A DNA stretch of 64,000 nucleotides from Bdellovibrionota bacterium (lineage in GTDB: Bacteria > Bdellovibrionota > UBA1018 > CAIPTA01 > JAALKR01), in the NCBI GenBank assembly GCA_965207455.1, contig CBDBMJ010000003.1, forward strand, positions 96,001-160,000, in the 5' to 3' direction. Within the stretch, counting starts at the first letter, position 1; the number at the start of each line of letters is the position of its first letter. The notes below the pieces were generated by a model that worked only from the letters and a program-made list of their open reading frames with translations, was not told where the DNA came from and did no database searches. Positions 29,511-38,752 of the stretch are shown piece by piece. The position numbers and the translations under genes are program-made.

Positions 29511-30547
29511 GCGATATTTTTAATAATTTTTTTACTAATCTCTTGAGCAAGCTTTGGTGGAACAGCATTTCCAATTTGTTTATACTTACTACATTGAGAA
29601 CCTACAAATTTATATTCCTTAGGAAAAGATTGGAGTATGGCTGATTCAAAAACAGTTATTCTTCTCAGAAAACTTGGAACTTCTTTGTACGGCTTCCCAC
29701 CATCTTGCAAGTAGCGATGATATTCCTCTATCCAATTCTCTCTTGTTTCATTTTTTAAAAATTTCTCATCAATAAAAGGAGTTTTATTACCACCCATTGA
29801 TGCCGTCATAGTTATAGCAGGCCTGTCTAAGTCAAGTGGCCGTCCTTGACCATTAAAAAGCATACCAGCATAAGGAGATTTTCTCATAATGGGGTTTTTA
29901 GCAGGAACTATTTTTGCATTACATCTTTCAAAATTTTCTTTTCCCCCTAGAGAAGGAATACCTGTAAGAACATCTCTGACGGTTAATTCATAACTTAGAT
30001 TTTCTTTAGGAAAAAGAGAATCTACGTTAATTTTTAGTTTCTTTTGAACGCCTATGAAAATCGTCCTTTCTCTAGCTTGAGGAACTCCAAAATGTTTGCT
30101 ATTTAATATTTTTATTTCTGTGCAGTATCCTACTTTCTCAGCAGCACTCACCAAGCCTCTCCTTATATCTTCAAATCTGTCATTAATGGCTAAGTTCTTT
30201 ACATTTTCCATTACAAAAACTTTTGGCTTTTTCTCTTTAACGATCCGCATAAATTCCCATACAAGCTGACTCCTTGGGTCTTGTAAGCACATTTTGCCAG
30301 CTACTGAAAATCCCTGGCACGGTGGACCTCCAAAAATAATATCGCAATCTGGTATTTTAGAGGAAGAAATTTCTCTTATGTCACCTATAGTAATATGGTT
30401 TTCAAAATTCTTTCTATATGTGGCTACTGCTGATGGATCTATTTCATTTGCCCAAATAATACTAATACCAGCATTTTTGAATCCCAGATCCATTCCACCA
30501 GCACCAGAAAATAGAGAAACACCCCTAAGTTTTTTTCTTCTGCCCAT
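29507..30547 (-). CDS. DNA (cytosine-5) methyltransferase
   Basis: LFSGAGG, GGPPCQGFS, ENV, QARER, LQSFP, QIGNAVPP motifs. Confidence 0.97.
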   Translation of the reverse strand: MGRRKKLRGVSLFSGAGGMDLGFKNAGISIIWANEIDPSAVATYRKNFENHITIGDIREISSSKIPDCDIIFGGPPCQGFSVAGKMCLQDPRSQLVWEFMRIVKEKKPKVFVMENVKNLAINDRFEDIRRGLVSAAEKVGYCTEIKILNSKHFGVPQARERTIFIGVQKKLKINVDSLFPKENLSYELTVRDVLTGIPSLGGKENFERCNAKIVPAKNPIMRKSPYAGMLFNGQGRPLDLDRPAITMTASMGGNKTPFIDEKFLKNETRENWIEEYHRYLQDGGKPYKEVPSFLRRITVFESAILQSFPKEYKFVGSQCSKYKQIGNAVPPKLAQEISKKIIKNIA

Positions 30548-30614
30548 ATATCTTTTCCCTCAACTGTCACTATGATAATTAATAAATAGAGTTAGTACAA
30601 TAGAAATATAGAGC

Positions 30615-30735
30615 TAAAACTAAGACCACTCTTAGAGGATTTAAAGAAAGATGAGATCCCAGTTGTGAGAAGAATAGCCACTAAAGCTGCAAAGAAACTA
30701 GATGCCACGGCTGAAGAAGAATGAGCCATGGACGC
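30615..30735 (+). repeat. 121-bp exact direct repeat, right copy (duplicated 3' end of the HEAT gene)
   Basis: Identical to 28297..28417. Confidence 0.95.
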
Positions 30736-31021
30736 CTTGAGCTTAGGTGAAAATTCACTATCAAAATGGAAGGACAAGCACTCCACAGGCTCATAAATAC
30801 TGGAAACCACCCGTGATTTATCCTGCAACCCATATTAACGCAATGCATAAATTAAGATGACTTAGGGGAAAGCCTCCTCAATAAATCTCGAACTCATGGC
30901 CTAGATAGAGGCTAAAAATAGAAAAAACACTTTCCAATCCAAGGAATATACTGTAGGAAAATAGATTAAGTTATATGCTATAGTTTTACTGTAGCTGTTG
31001 TGAGAAAAACGTGGAGACCTT

Positions 31022-32218
31022 GTGAGAATGGATCTATTTGATAAATGCACATCTTATACGGACGCAAAGATTGCTCTAAAAAATAATTGTTATCCCTATT
31101 TTCGAGCCATTGAGAGCAGCACTGGCACTCAGGTTTTCTGTGACGGCAGGGAACGCATTATGATTGGCTCTAACAACTATTTAGGGCTAACCCAGCACCC
31201 CCGGGTAATGCAGGCATCGATATCTGCCATTGAAAAGTACGGAACGGGCTGTACAGGATCTCGCTTCTTAAACGGCAATATGGACATCCACGAAGAGTTG
31301 GAAGAGAGATTAGCCAAGTATCTGAATCGGGATGCAGCCCTTGTCTATGCCTCTGGTTTTCTTGCCAATTTGGGGACCATTTCCTGCCTAGCTGGCAGAA
31401 AAGACGTTATTTTCTCGGACCGGGAGAACCATGCTTCCATTGTGGAGGCCCAAAATATTGCCCCAGCACAGGTGGTTCGCTATCGCCACAACGATATGGA
31501 GGAGTTGGAGCGCTTATTGAAAGTGCATGAGGACGCCCCCGGCAAGCTCATTGTTTTCGATGGTGTCTTTTCCATGACTGGAGATATTGTTCCTTTACCT
31601 CGAATTGTGGAGTTAGCGGAAAAATACGGAGCGCGCCTGTATTGCGACTGCGCCCATGCCCTTGGCGTAATTGGAAAAGAGGGGCGAGGAACTGCCCACC
31701 ACTTTGGTCTAAACGACAAGGTGGATATCACCATGGGAACATTCTCCAAAAGTTTTGCTTCACTGGGTGGCTTTGTGGCTGCCTCAGACGATGTCATTCA
31801 TTTCATAAAACACAAGAGTAGGAGCTTTATGTTTTCTGCGGCCCTATCTCCAGCCAGTGTGGCTACTGCTCTGGAGTCTCTTAAGGTGGTTCAAGAGGAA
31901 CCTGAGCACTTGGCGTCCCTTTGGAAAAATACTCGCTACATGAAAAGCAATCTAGATAATATGGGATACAATACCTTGGATTCAGAAACGCCTGTGATTC
32001 CGTTGATGATTGGCGACGAGATAAAAACACACCAATTTGCCTCTGCCCTGTATGAGATGGGAGTGTTTGCCACCGTGGTGGTTTTTCCTGCCGTGCCTGC
32101 TGGTCAAGCCATGATTCGCACTAGCTATATGGCCAATCATACACAAAAGGAATTGGACTACGTTTTAGACATGTGCCAGAAACTCGGCAAGAAGTTCAAC
32201 ATACTCACCCCTCAGTAG
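31022..32218 (+). CDS. spt: Alpha-oxoamine synthase, probably serine palmitoyltransferase
   Basis: YPYFRAI, GSNNYLGL, GCTGSRFLNG, NHAS, GTFSKS (PLP lysine); coupled to a bCerS-like GNAT. Confidence 0.7.
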   Translation: MRMDLFDKCTSYTDAKIALKNNCYPYFRAIESSTGTQVFCDGRERIMIGSNNYLGLTQHPRVMQASISAIEKYGTGCTGSRFLNGNMDIHEELEERLAKYLNRDAALVYASGFLANLGTISCLAGRKDVIFSDRENHASIVEAQNIAPAQVVRYRHNDMEELERLLKVHEDAPGKLIVFDGVFSMTGDIVPLPRIVELAEKYGARLYCDCAHALGVIGKEGRGTAHHFGLNDKVDITMGTFSKSFASLGGFVAASDDVIHFIKHKSRSFMFSAALSPASVATALESLKVVQEEPEHLASLWKNTRYMKSNLDNMGYNTLDSETPVIPLMIGDEIKTHQFASALYEMGVFATVVVFPAVPAGQAMIRTSYMANHTQKELDYVLDMCQKLGKKFNILTPQ

Positions 32219-33366
32219 TGAATTTCCGCTTAGTCCAGTTTAGTCCAGCAAAAAACTCCAAAGAATTAAAGCGTTTTGTCTCCCTGCCTTGGTCGATCTA
32301 TAAAAATCAAGCCAACTGGATTCCTCCTTTGCGCCTAAAGGTTTTGGAAGATCTGGACACAAAGAAAAATCCCTTCTACTGCCATGCCAGCATTCAGTTA
32401 TGGAATGCCTACGACGGGAAGGAGCATGTGGGGCGTATTGCAGCCGTTAAAGATGAGCGATATAACGAAATTCACAAAAAGGAAATGGCGTTCTTTGGTT
32501 TTTTCGAATCTGTCGATCGGACTGAGGTGGCAGAAGCCCTATTTACGGCAGTGGAGTCGTGGGCAAAACAGCAAAACCTTAGTGCCGTTCAAGGACCCGT
32601 AAACCCCAGCTTAAACCACGCTGCGGGATTGCAGATCAATGCCTTTGAACGGGAGCCCTATATTATGACCACTCAAAATCCTCCCTACTATGAAAAGTTG
32701 CTCACCCACTGTTCCTACCAAAAAGCAAAGGACTTATTCTGCCATGAATTTGATTTTGAAAATGATGATATTCCTGCGATAACAAAAAAAATATGCGAAC
32801 GTATCCGTCGAAAAAATAAAGTTACTATTCGTTGTATTGACAAAAAAAATCTCAAGCAGGATATCAAGTACATCCAAGATATTTATAACGACGCTTGGGA
32901 AGACAACTGGGGATTCGTACCACTGGACGACCATGAATTTGATTTTATGGCAAAGGGTATGAAAGATATTCTATGGTCAAACTTTTGCTTACTAGCAATG
33001 GTCAATGGAGAACATATGGCTATGGTACTCTCCCTACCGGACATCCACCAAGTCCAAAAGAAAATACCCAATGGAAAGCTCCTTCCCTTTGGCATTTTCA
33101 AACTCCTATCGAACCTGTGGCGACCAAATTCTGGATGCATCAACCAAACCCGTCAGCTCATTATAGGCATAAAATCCAAGTACCGATCCACGGGGGTGTT
33201 GACCTTACTTGCGTATGAGATATACCAACGATCCATAAATAGTAATATTCGTAGATCAGAGGTGGGGTGGATTCTGGAAAATAACCATCTGGCCAACAAA
33301 ACGGTGGAGCAGTATACGAGAAAGCCGCCCTATAAAACGTACCGAATCTACGAGAAAACACTCTAA
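32218..33366 (+). CDS. GNAT N-acyltransferase, bacterial ceramide synthase-like
   Basis: FVSLPWSIY, WIPPL, KKNPF, VGRIAA, FGFFE, NWGFVP, WILENN; GTG start overlaps the spt stop. Confidence 0.72.
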   Translation: MNFRLVQFSPAKNSKELKRFVSLPWSIYKNQANWIPPLRLKVLEDLDTKKNPFYCHASIQLWNAYDGKEHVGRIAAVKDERYNEIHKKEMAFFGFFESVDRTEVAEALFTAVESWAKQQNLSAVQGPVNPSLNHAAGLQINAFEREPYIMTTQNPPYYEKLLTHCSYQKAKDLFCHEFDFENDDIPAITKKICERIRRKNKVTIRCIDKKNLKQDIKYIQDIYNDAWEDNWGFVPLDDHEFDFMAKGMKDILWSNFCLLAMVNGEHMAMVLSLPDIHQVQKKIPNGKLLPFGIFKLLSNLWRPNSGCINQTRQLIIGIKSKYRSTGVLTLLAYEIYQRSINSNIRRSEVGWILENNHLANKTVEQYTRKPPYKTYRIYEKTL

Positions 33367-33405
33367 GGCTCCAAAATTTACTTCCTGTATGCTAGCCTTA
33401 AACTT

Positions 33406-33912
33406 ATGAAAGTAATGGGGATAGACCCGGGTTCCGTCTGTATGGGGCTTGGTTGTATTGAAAGCCAAGATAGAAGCCTTATGTATGTGGGTCACCGCTT
33501 GGTCAACGTAAAAATGAAAAAGGAAAGTTCGTGGGTTGAGCGTATTAGAATTATTTACTCTTCCGTCCAGGAGCAAATCAAACTTTGGCAGCCGGATTGT
33601 GTGGCTATTGAAAATGTATTTATGTCTCAGAATGCTAGTAGCGCCTTAAAACTAGGACAAGCCCGGGGAAGTGCCATTGCTGCTGTGGCCATGGCCAACC
33701 TTCCTCTCCACGAATATTCTCCACGGAGCATTAAACAGAGTGTGGCCTCCTACGGCAATGCCAATAAGCAGCAGGTCGCTTCCATGGTGGCCCTTCTCCT
33801 TGGCAACTCCCTCAAGCAACACTCCCTACAGGCCGATGTCTCCGACGCCCTAGCCACTGCCATTTGCCATACTCAACACCAAAGGCTATATTGTCAACAG
33901 GACGCTAGATAA
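33406..33912 (+). CDS. ruvC: Holliday junction resolvase
   Basis: MGIDPG, AIENVF, LKLGQARG, DVSDALA. Confidence 0.96.
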   Translation: MKVMGIDPGSVCMGLGCIESQDRSLMYVGHRLVNVKMKKESSWVERIRIIYSSVQEQIKLWQPDCVAIENVFMSQNASSALKLGQARGSAIAAVAMANLPLHEYSPRSIKQSVASYGNANKQQVASMVALLLGNSLKQHSLQADVSDALATAICHTQHQRLYCQQDAR

Positions 33913-34565
33913 TGATTGCACGCTTAAAAGGAATTTTAGAGGAGAACACTACGGACCAGGTGATTGTGGATGTGCATTCCGTGGGTTACTCCTTGAAAGT
34001 ACCTGAACGCATACGCCAGCAGCTTCCCCCCATTGGTTCCCCCATCACTTTTGAAATCTATACCCACATTCGAGAGGATGTTATGGATTTGTACGGTTTT
34101 GTGTGCAGCTTGGAGCGACGCTTGTTTATGCTACTGATTAGTGCCAATGGTGTGGGTCCTAAGATGGCTTTGAAAATTCTTTCCCATCTGGAGAGCGAGC
34201 AATTACTCCATGCCATTCAAACAAAAAATATGGGTTTGTTCACAGCGATTCCTGGTATTGGTCCTAAAAAAGTGGAGAAGTTACTTTTGGAGTTAAGTGA
34301 TAAATGCAAAAAGTCTTTTTCCTCTCTAATGACTGATCAAAAAGTCGCCCCTCTTTCTCCCCTGGGTGTTAATGGACTAGAGGTCAGTTTGACGGAAGCC
34401 CTAACCACTCTTGGCTACAAGGACATGGAAGCTCGACAAACGATCCGTTATGTATTGGAAGCCCACGACCCCAAAGAGAAATTTGAGCAAACACTCAAGC
34501 GTTGCCTCCAGCAAATTCGACGTGCTGGAAGTAATCGTAGCAACGAGGTAAGTAAATGGATTTAG
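33912..34565 (+). CDS. ruvA: Holliday junction DNA-binding subunit
   Basis: MIARLKG, IREDVMDLYGF, GVGPK, IPGIGPK. Confidence 0.96.
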   Translation: MIARLKGILEENTTDQVIVDVHSVGYSLKVPERIRQQLPPIGSPITFEIYTHIREDVMDLYGFVCSLERRLFMLLISANGVGPKMALKILSHLESEQLLHAIQTKNMGLFTAIPGIGPKKVEKLLLELSDKCKKSFSSLMTDQKVAPLSPLGVNGLEVSLTEALTTLGYKDMEARQTIRYVLEAHDPKEKFEQTLKRCLQQIRRAGSNRSNEVSKWI

Positions 34566-35611
34566 AAATTCCCACAAATCCCAACCTTATAACAAAGAAA
34601 AATTCTCCAGAGGAGGGCAAGCAGGAGGTTAGGATTCGTCCTCAGTCCTTTGACCAGTTTATTGGACAAACGAAGGTGAAGGAAAATTTATTGTTATTTA
34701 TTCAGGCAGCGAAAAAGCGACAGGAGCCTTTGGATCATTGTCTACTGTCTGGTCCTCCGGGCTTGGGGAAAACTACTCTTGCCAATCTTATTGCTAAGGA
34801 AAAGGGAACTCAGCTCTTCACCTTAAGTGGGCCCGCACTGGATAAAAAGGGCGACATTGCTTCTATCCTCACCGACCTACTTCCTGGTGATATTTTATTT
34901 ATCGATGAAATCCACCGCATTCCCATCGCCATAGAGGAGGTTCTTTATTCCGCAATGGAGGACAGTCATTTAGATATTATTTTAGGGCAGGGACCTGGAG
35001 CGCGTTCTGTTCGTATTGATCTTTCTCCTTTTACTCTAGTGGGTGCCACCACACGTTCTGGTCTTCTATCTTCTCCCCTAAGGGATCGGTTTGGTATTCA
35101 CTTCAACTTGGAATTTTATAATCCCAAGGATCTCTCGAAAGTGGTGGATCAGGGAGCGCGCTTTTTAAATATTTCCATCACTCCGGATGGGGCCCGGGAG
35201 CTTTCCACCCGTTCTAGGGGAACTCCCCGAGTAGCTCTGAGGTTACTAAGAAGGGCCAGGGATTTTGCTCAAATTCAAAACAAAAGGGAAATCGACTTGG
35301 AGGTTGTTTGCGAGGCGCTCCAGCGCTTGGATGTGGACCATAAAGGACTCGACGCCATGGACAGAAAAATCCTGCTCACCATTATTGACCTATTTGATGG
35401 TGGACCGGTGGGACTGGACACCATTTCTGCAAGCATTGGTGAGGAGGCGCGAACGGTGGGGGAGGTATACGAGCCTTTTCTCCTCCAGCAGGGTCTGCTC
35501 CAGCGCACCCCAAGGGGAAGGGTGGCTGGCCCTCTTGCCTACCAGCATTTAAATAGGAAGCCCAAGGCCACTAATGGCACAAGATTCAGCACTGGAGGGG
35601 AAAAGGTTTAG
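34556..35611 (+). CDS. ruvB: Holliday junction helicase
   Basis: GPPGLGKTT, FIDEIHR, LRDRFG, EPFL...RTPRGR. Confidence 0.98.
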   Translation: MDLEIPTNPNLITKKNSPEEGKQEVRIRPQSFDQFIGQTKVKENLLLFIQAAKKRQEPLDHCLLSGPPGLGKTTLANLIAKEKGTQLFTLSGPALDKKGDIASILTDLLPGDILFIDEIHRIPIAIEEVLYSAMEDSHLDIILGQGPGARSVRIDLSPFTLVGATTRSGLLSSPLRDRFGIHFNLEFYNPKDLSKVVDQGARFLNISITPDGARELSTRSRGTPRVALRLLRRARDFAQIQNKREIDLEVVCEALQRLDVDHKGLDAMDRKILLTIIDLFDGGPVGLDTISASIGEEARTVGEVYEPFLLQQGLLQRTPRGRVAGPLAYQHLNRKPKATNGTRFSTGGEKV

Positions 35612-35651
35612 AAAAAAAAAGGTCACTTAATGAAGAAGCGGCATCAAAACC

Positions 35652-35679
35652 TTGACACCAGTCCAAACTACGAGATACT
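35652..35679 (+). promoter_or_regulatory. Sigma-70 promoter of the tRNA-Lys/Glu operon
   Basis: TTGACA-N16-GATACT ending 10 nt before tRNA-Lys. Confidence 0.55.
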
Positions 35680-35689
35680 CAATTTTTAG

Positions 35690-35766
35690 GGGCCAATAGC
35701 TCAGTTGGTTAGAGCATCTCCCTTTTAAGGAGAGGGTCGAAGGTTCGAGTCCTTCTTGGCTCACCA
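35690..35766 (+). tRNA. tRNA-Lys(TTT)
   Basis: GGGCCAA/TTGGCTC acceptor, TCTCC-CTTTTAA-GGAGA anticodon arm, CCA. Confidence 0.97.
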
Positions 35767-35776
35767 TAAAAATTAT

Positions 35777-35854
35777 GTTCCCATCGTCTAGCCTGGTCTA
35801 GGACATCTCCCTTTCACGGAGAAAACAGGGGTTCGAATCCCCTTGGGAATGCCA
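35777..35854 (+). tRNA. tRNA-Glu(TTC)
   Basis: GTTCCCA/TGGGAAT acceptor, TCTCC-CTTTCAC-GGAGA anticodon arm, CCA. Confidence 0.97.
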
Positions 35855-36183
35855 ACTACCCCAAACAAAAACATCCATCAAACCGAAAGCACCAACCCCC
35901 AATGTAATAAAAGCAAAGGGGATTCGAACACGAAGCAATGACCCGCGCTGGCTTTGAGCTGGCGAGGAGCTAGTGAGGGGAAAAAAATCACGAGGATTTT
36001 TTAAATTGCGTAGGAGAGCCTACGCAGCGAAATCCCTGGAGGGGATTTTGTGTAGTAGGTCGGCCCCTTGGGAATGCCAACTACCCCAAACAAAAACATC
36101 CATCAAACCGAAAGCACCAACCCCCAATGTAATAAAAGCAAAGGGGATTCGAACACGAAGCAATGACCCGCGCTGGCTTTGAG
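35839..36183 (+). repeat. tRNA-Glu-linked direct repeat: 120 bp at 35839..35958 and 36064..36183
   Basis: Exact repeat that begins with the tRNA 3' end (CCCCTTGGGAATGCCA); period 225 bp. Confidence 0.93.
35896..36063 (+). ncRNA. Structured tRNA-linked element, copy B
   Basis: Homologous to 26881..27049, with covarying stems. Confidence 0.6.
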
Positions 36184-36208
36184 TTAGCGCAGCGCGCACA
36201 CCATCAAG

Positions 36209-37264
36209 TTAGGAGAGTCCTAATTCATACCAGCTTCCACGACCTTTTCCACACAGCACCAGATGGTTTTTTCTAAGCAATGCCCTGAAATGTTCTTTCA
36301 GGGTGTTACGACTTACGCCGGTAATTTTAATCATATCAGCCATTGTGACTCGTCCATGTTGACGAGCATGATCCAGGATTTGCAGGGATAACTCTGGCAA
36401 GCTGGATGCGATTATTTTCTCCCGTTTAACCTTTTTGCCAAGGTTGCGGCTTTGCTGTAGCAAAATCTGTAGAAAATAAATTATCCAGGGTTGCCAATCG
36501 GGATTTTCAGTACGGATCGTGCCTTGTGTTTGTCGTAAGGCCAAGTAATAGGTATCTTTATTTTTTTCGATCACGCTTTCCAAAGAGCTATACGGCACAT
36601 AAGCATAGCCGGCGCGGAGTAAAAGCAATGTGGTTAAAACACGGCTTAATCGACCGTTCCCGTCTACAAACGGGTGAATCTCTAAAAACACCACAATAAA
36701 CACAGCAATTGTCAAAAGTGGGTGCAATGATTTAGTTTCCAGTGTTTCATTTGCCCAAGCGACAATCTCGCTCATTAGTGCCGGTGTTTCAAAAGGTGTG
36801 GCCGTTTCAAATACGACTCCAACCTGCTTACCCGTTTCATCAAAGGCAGCGACGTTATTGGATGATGTTTTATATTCTCCACAATGATGATTATCTTTTT
36901 CCACGTACTTTAAGAGATCACGATGGAGTTGTTTGATGTGATTTTCGCTCAGGTGAATATCTTCCCATGACTGAAATACCAATTCCATCACTTCGGCGTA
37001 ACCGGCCACTTCTTGTTCATTGCGTGTTCCAAAATATTTGATCTGCAAATTGGACAGCAATTTTTCCACTTCACGATCAGAAAGCTTACTGCCTTCAATG
37101 CGTGTGGAAGATCCGATACTTTCAATGGTAGCAACACGTCGCAGAGTGTCTAAGCGATCTGGCGCAAGCGTTCCTAAAGCACGCCAAGCTCCTTTAAATT
37201 CATCAATTTCAGCAATGAGCCCAAGGATCTTCTGCGTAATATTAAGTGTCTTTGTTTCTATCAT
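36209..37264 (-). CDS. Fic-domain protein with C-terminal wHTH
   Basis: HPFVDGNGRLSR catalytic motif, STRIEG inhibitory motif, HTH...GKGRGSWY; likely ATG 37264. Confidence 0.93.
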   Translation of the reverse strand: MIETKTLNITQKILGLIAEIDEFKGAWRALGTLAPDRLDTLRRVATIESIGSSTRIEGSKLSDREVEKLLSNLQIKYFGTRNEQEVAGYAEVMELVFQSWEDIHLSENHIKQLHRDLLKYVEKDNHHCGEYKTSSNNVAAFDETGKQVGVVFETATPFETPALMSEIVAWANETLETKSLHPLLTIAVFIVVFLEIHPFVDGNGRLSRVLTTLLLLRAGYAYVPYSSLESVIEKNKDTYYLALRQTQGTIRTENPDWQPWIIYFLQILLQQSRNLGKKVKREKIIASSLPELSLQILDHARQHGRVTMADMIKITGVSRNTLKEHFRALLRKNHLVLCGKGRGSWYELGLS

Positions 37265-37316
37265 ATACCCATTTATATACCCATAAACACCCATTTGTAC
37301 ACCCATAAACACCCAT
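37265..37316 (-). promoter_or_regulatory. Five phased ACCCAT boxes directly upstream of fic
   Basis: ACCCAT at 37267, 37279, 37289, 37301, 37311 (12/10/12/10 spacing). Confidence 0.55.
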
Positions 37317-37443
37317 TACGAAAAAGCCCTAAATACGGGTCTCTAAAGTTATAATGCTAGGGCTGGAGCGGAAGCAAAAAGAAAAATATCAGATTAATTC
37401 AATAAAATCAAAGCGATACTGCTAAATAAAAATCAGACTATTT

Positions 37444-38370
37444 TTAAAATCCGCTGGTACAGCGAAACCCAATATTGTCTGCTGTTGTAGACGGGCTTTC
37501 CAATAAATTCACAGAAAAAATCCCCGGCCCTGAGTTACTGGATTCATCATAGGAGGCACCTCGAAAAACACCCTTGTTGCTCTCGTCAGGTGATATGAGA
37601 TAAGCATAGCCCAAGCCACCCCATGGATTATCGTTCAAGGTACTATAGTCTTCAGCAGGACCAAATTGATCTTTAGCTGTTCTCTCTGGTCCTCCACCAA
37701 GAGAGGCCCTTTCTGTGCGAATATCTTCTATTTGTGACACATAAGTAGAAGAACCATATTCCCCATCTGCAGCGTGGATCTCTTTTATCCACTCACTAAC
37801 ATTTCCAGAAAAATCCCAGATCACTTCCCCATTGGAAAGAACATGGGTACGACGATTTTTATGCCACTCACGAAGACTGCACTCCTGACCCGTTCCCTCA
37901 CAAGCCATGGTATCGTCGCTAGCGGCCGCTATCGCTGCTGTGGCTGAAGGACCAAAATAACCTCGATTGATTTCTTCCCCATCGATACCAACAACACCTG
38001 TCTTCCAATTTTGCCTAACTGATTCAATGTTTCTAGCGATAGCCTGCCACCGATCGTTGGTAATAAGATCATAGCCTTCTCCTAGGGCTTGGCACGCCTC
38101 CAGTGCTCCCTGTTGGGAAATGTTTGCCCAAGGAGTTCCTTCAGCTAAGGAGGAGGCTCGGGCAGTGGCTTCCTCCGCTTGTCCTTCTGGCTCTACTTTT
38201 TTCATTTCATACTTGGCAACACAAAAGGAAATGCTGGAATATTCTCCGAGCGGAGGCACCTGTATAAAATTTTCTGGGCAGGACAAACTTTTGCCACTAC
38301 AAGCCGTTAGCACAAAGCCGCAAGCCAGAAAAAAGATAACACGATATGTAAAACCATCCACAAGACCCAT
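37444..38370 (-). CDS. FGE-sulfatase/C-type-lectin-fold lipoprotein
   Basis: Lipobox LTAC; CPENF, FCVAKYEMK, PW, DFSGNVSEW, RGAS, GFRC. Confidence 0.85.
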   Translation of the reverse strand: MGLVDGFTYRVIFFLACGFVLTACSGKSLSCPENFIQVPPLGEYSSISFCVAKYEMKKVEPEGQAEEATARASSLAEGTPWANISQQGALEACQALGEGYDLITNDRWQAIARNIESVRQNWKTGVVGIDGEEINRGYFGPSATAAIAAASDDTMACEGTGQECSLREWHKNRRTHVLSNGEVIWDFSGNVSEWIKEIHAADGEYGSSTYVSQIEDIRTERASLGGGPERTAKDQFGPAEDYSTLNDNPWGGLGYAYLISPDESNKGVFRGASYDESSNSGPGIFSVNLLESPSTTADNIGFRCTSGF

Positions 38371-38481
38371 ACCCGTTATAATAAACTAATCCCAGAACAA
38401 TGACAATACATATCTTGACTCCCAGAGAGATCTGTGTGGAAATATAGTAAATTTCTAAGCGATATAACAAAGGAGAACACT

Positions 38482-38730
38482 ATGAGCGAACAGGATATGA
38501 ATGCAGAGTTAGAGAAACTTCGTCAAGAGAATGCACAACTTAAAAAAGCGGGTTCTAAAAGTAGGGATCTAAGCCTCAAGGTCAGCCAAAAGGGCGCTGT
38601 TTCTTTGTATGGAATGGGTCGATTCCCTGTGACGCTATACCAAGAACAATGGAGCCGAGTGCTGGATTTTTCCGACGAAATACGTTCTTTTATATCTGAA
38701 AACGAAGGCCAGTTGAAAACAAAAAACTAG
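38482..38730 (+). CDS. Small conserved-looking hypothetical protein (coiled coil plus KVSQKGAVSLYGMGRFPVTLY)
   Basis: Strong RBS AAGGAG, ATG at 38482. Confidence 0.8.
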   Translation: MSEQDMNAELEKLRQENAQLKKAGSKSRDLSLKVSQKGAVSLYGMGRFPVTLYQEQWSRVLDFSDEIRSFISENEGQLKTKN

Positions 38731-38752
38731 GGTCTGCCATCTTCGAAACACG

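Noticed and set aside
30592..30828. 78-aa minus-strand ORF matching part of 27938..28432
   Set aside because: Antisense shadow of the duplicated HEAT gene end
35973..36182. 69-aa ORF
   Set aside because: Lies wholly within the structured repeat; the variation between copies fits base pairing, not coding
37444..37560. Diversity-generating retroelement variable region
   Set aside because: No reverse transcriptase and no adenine-variant template repeat seen in the window
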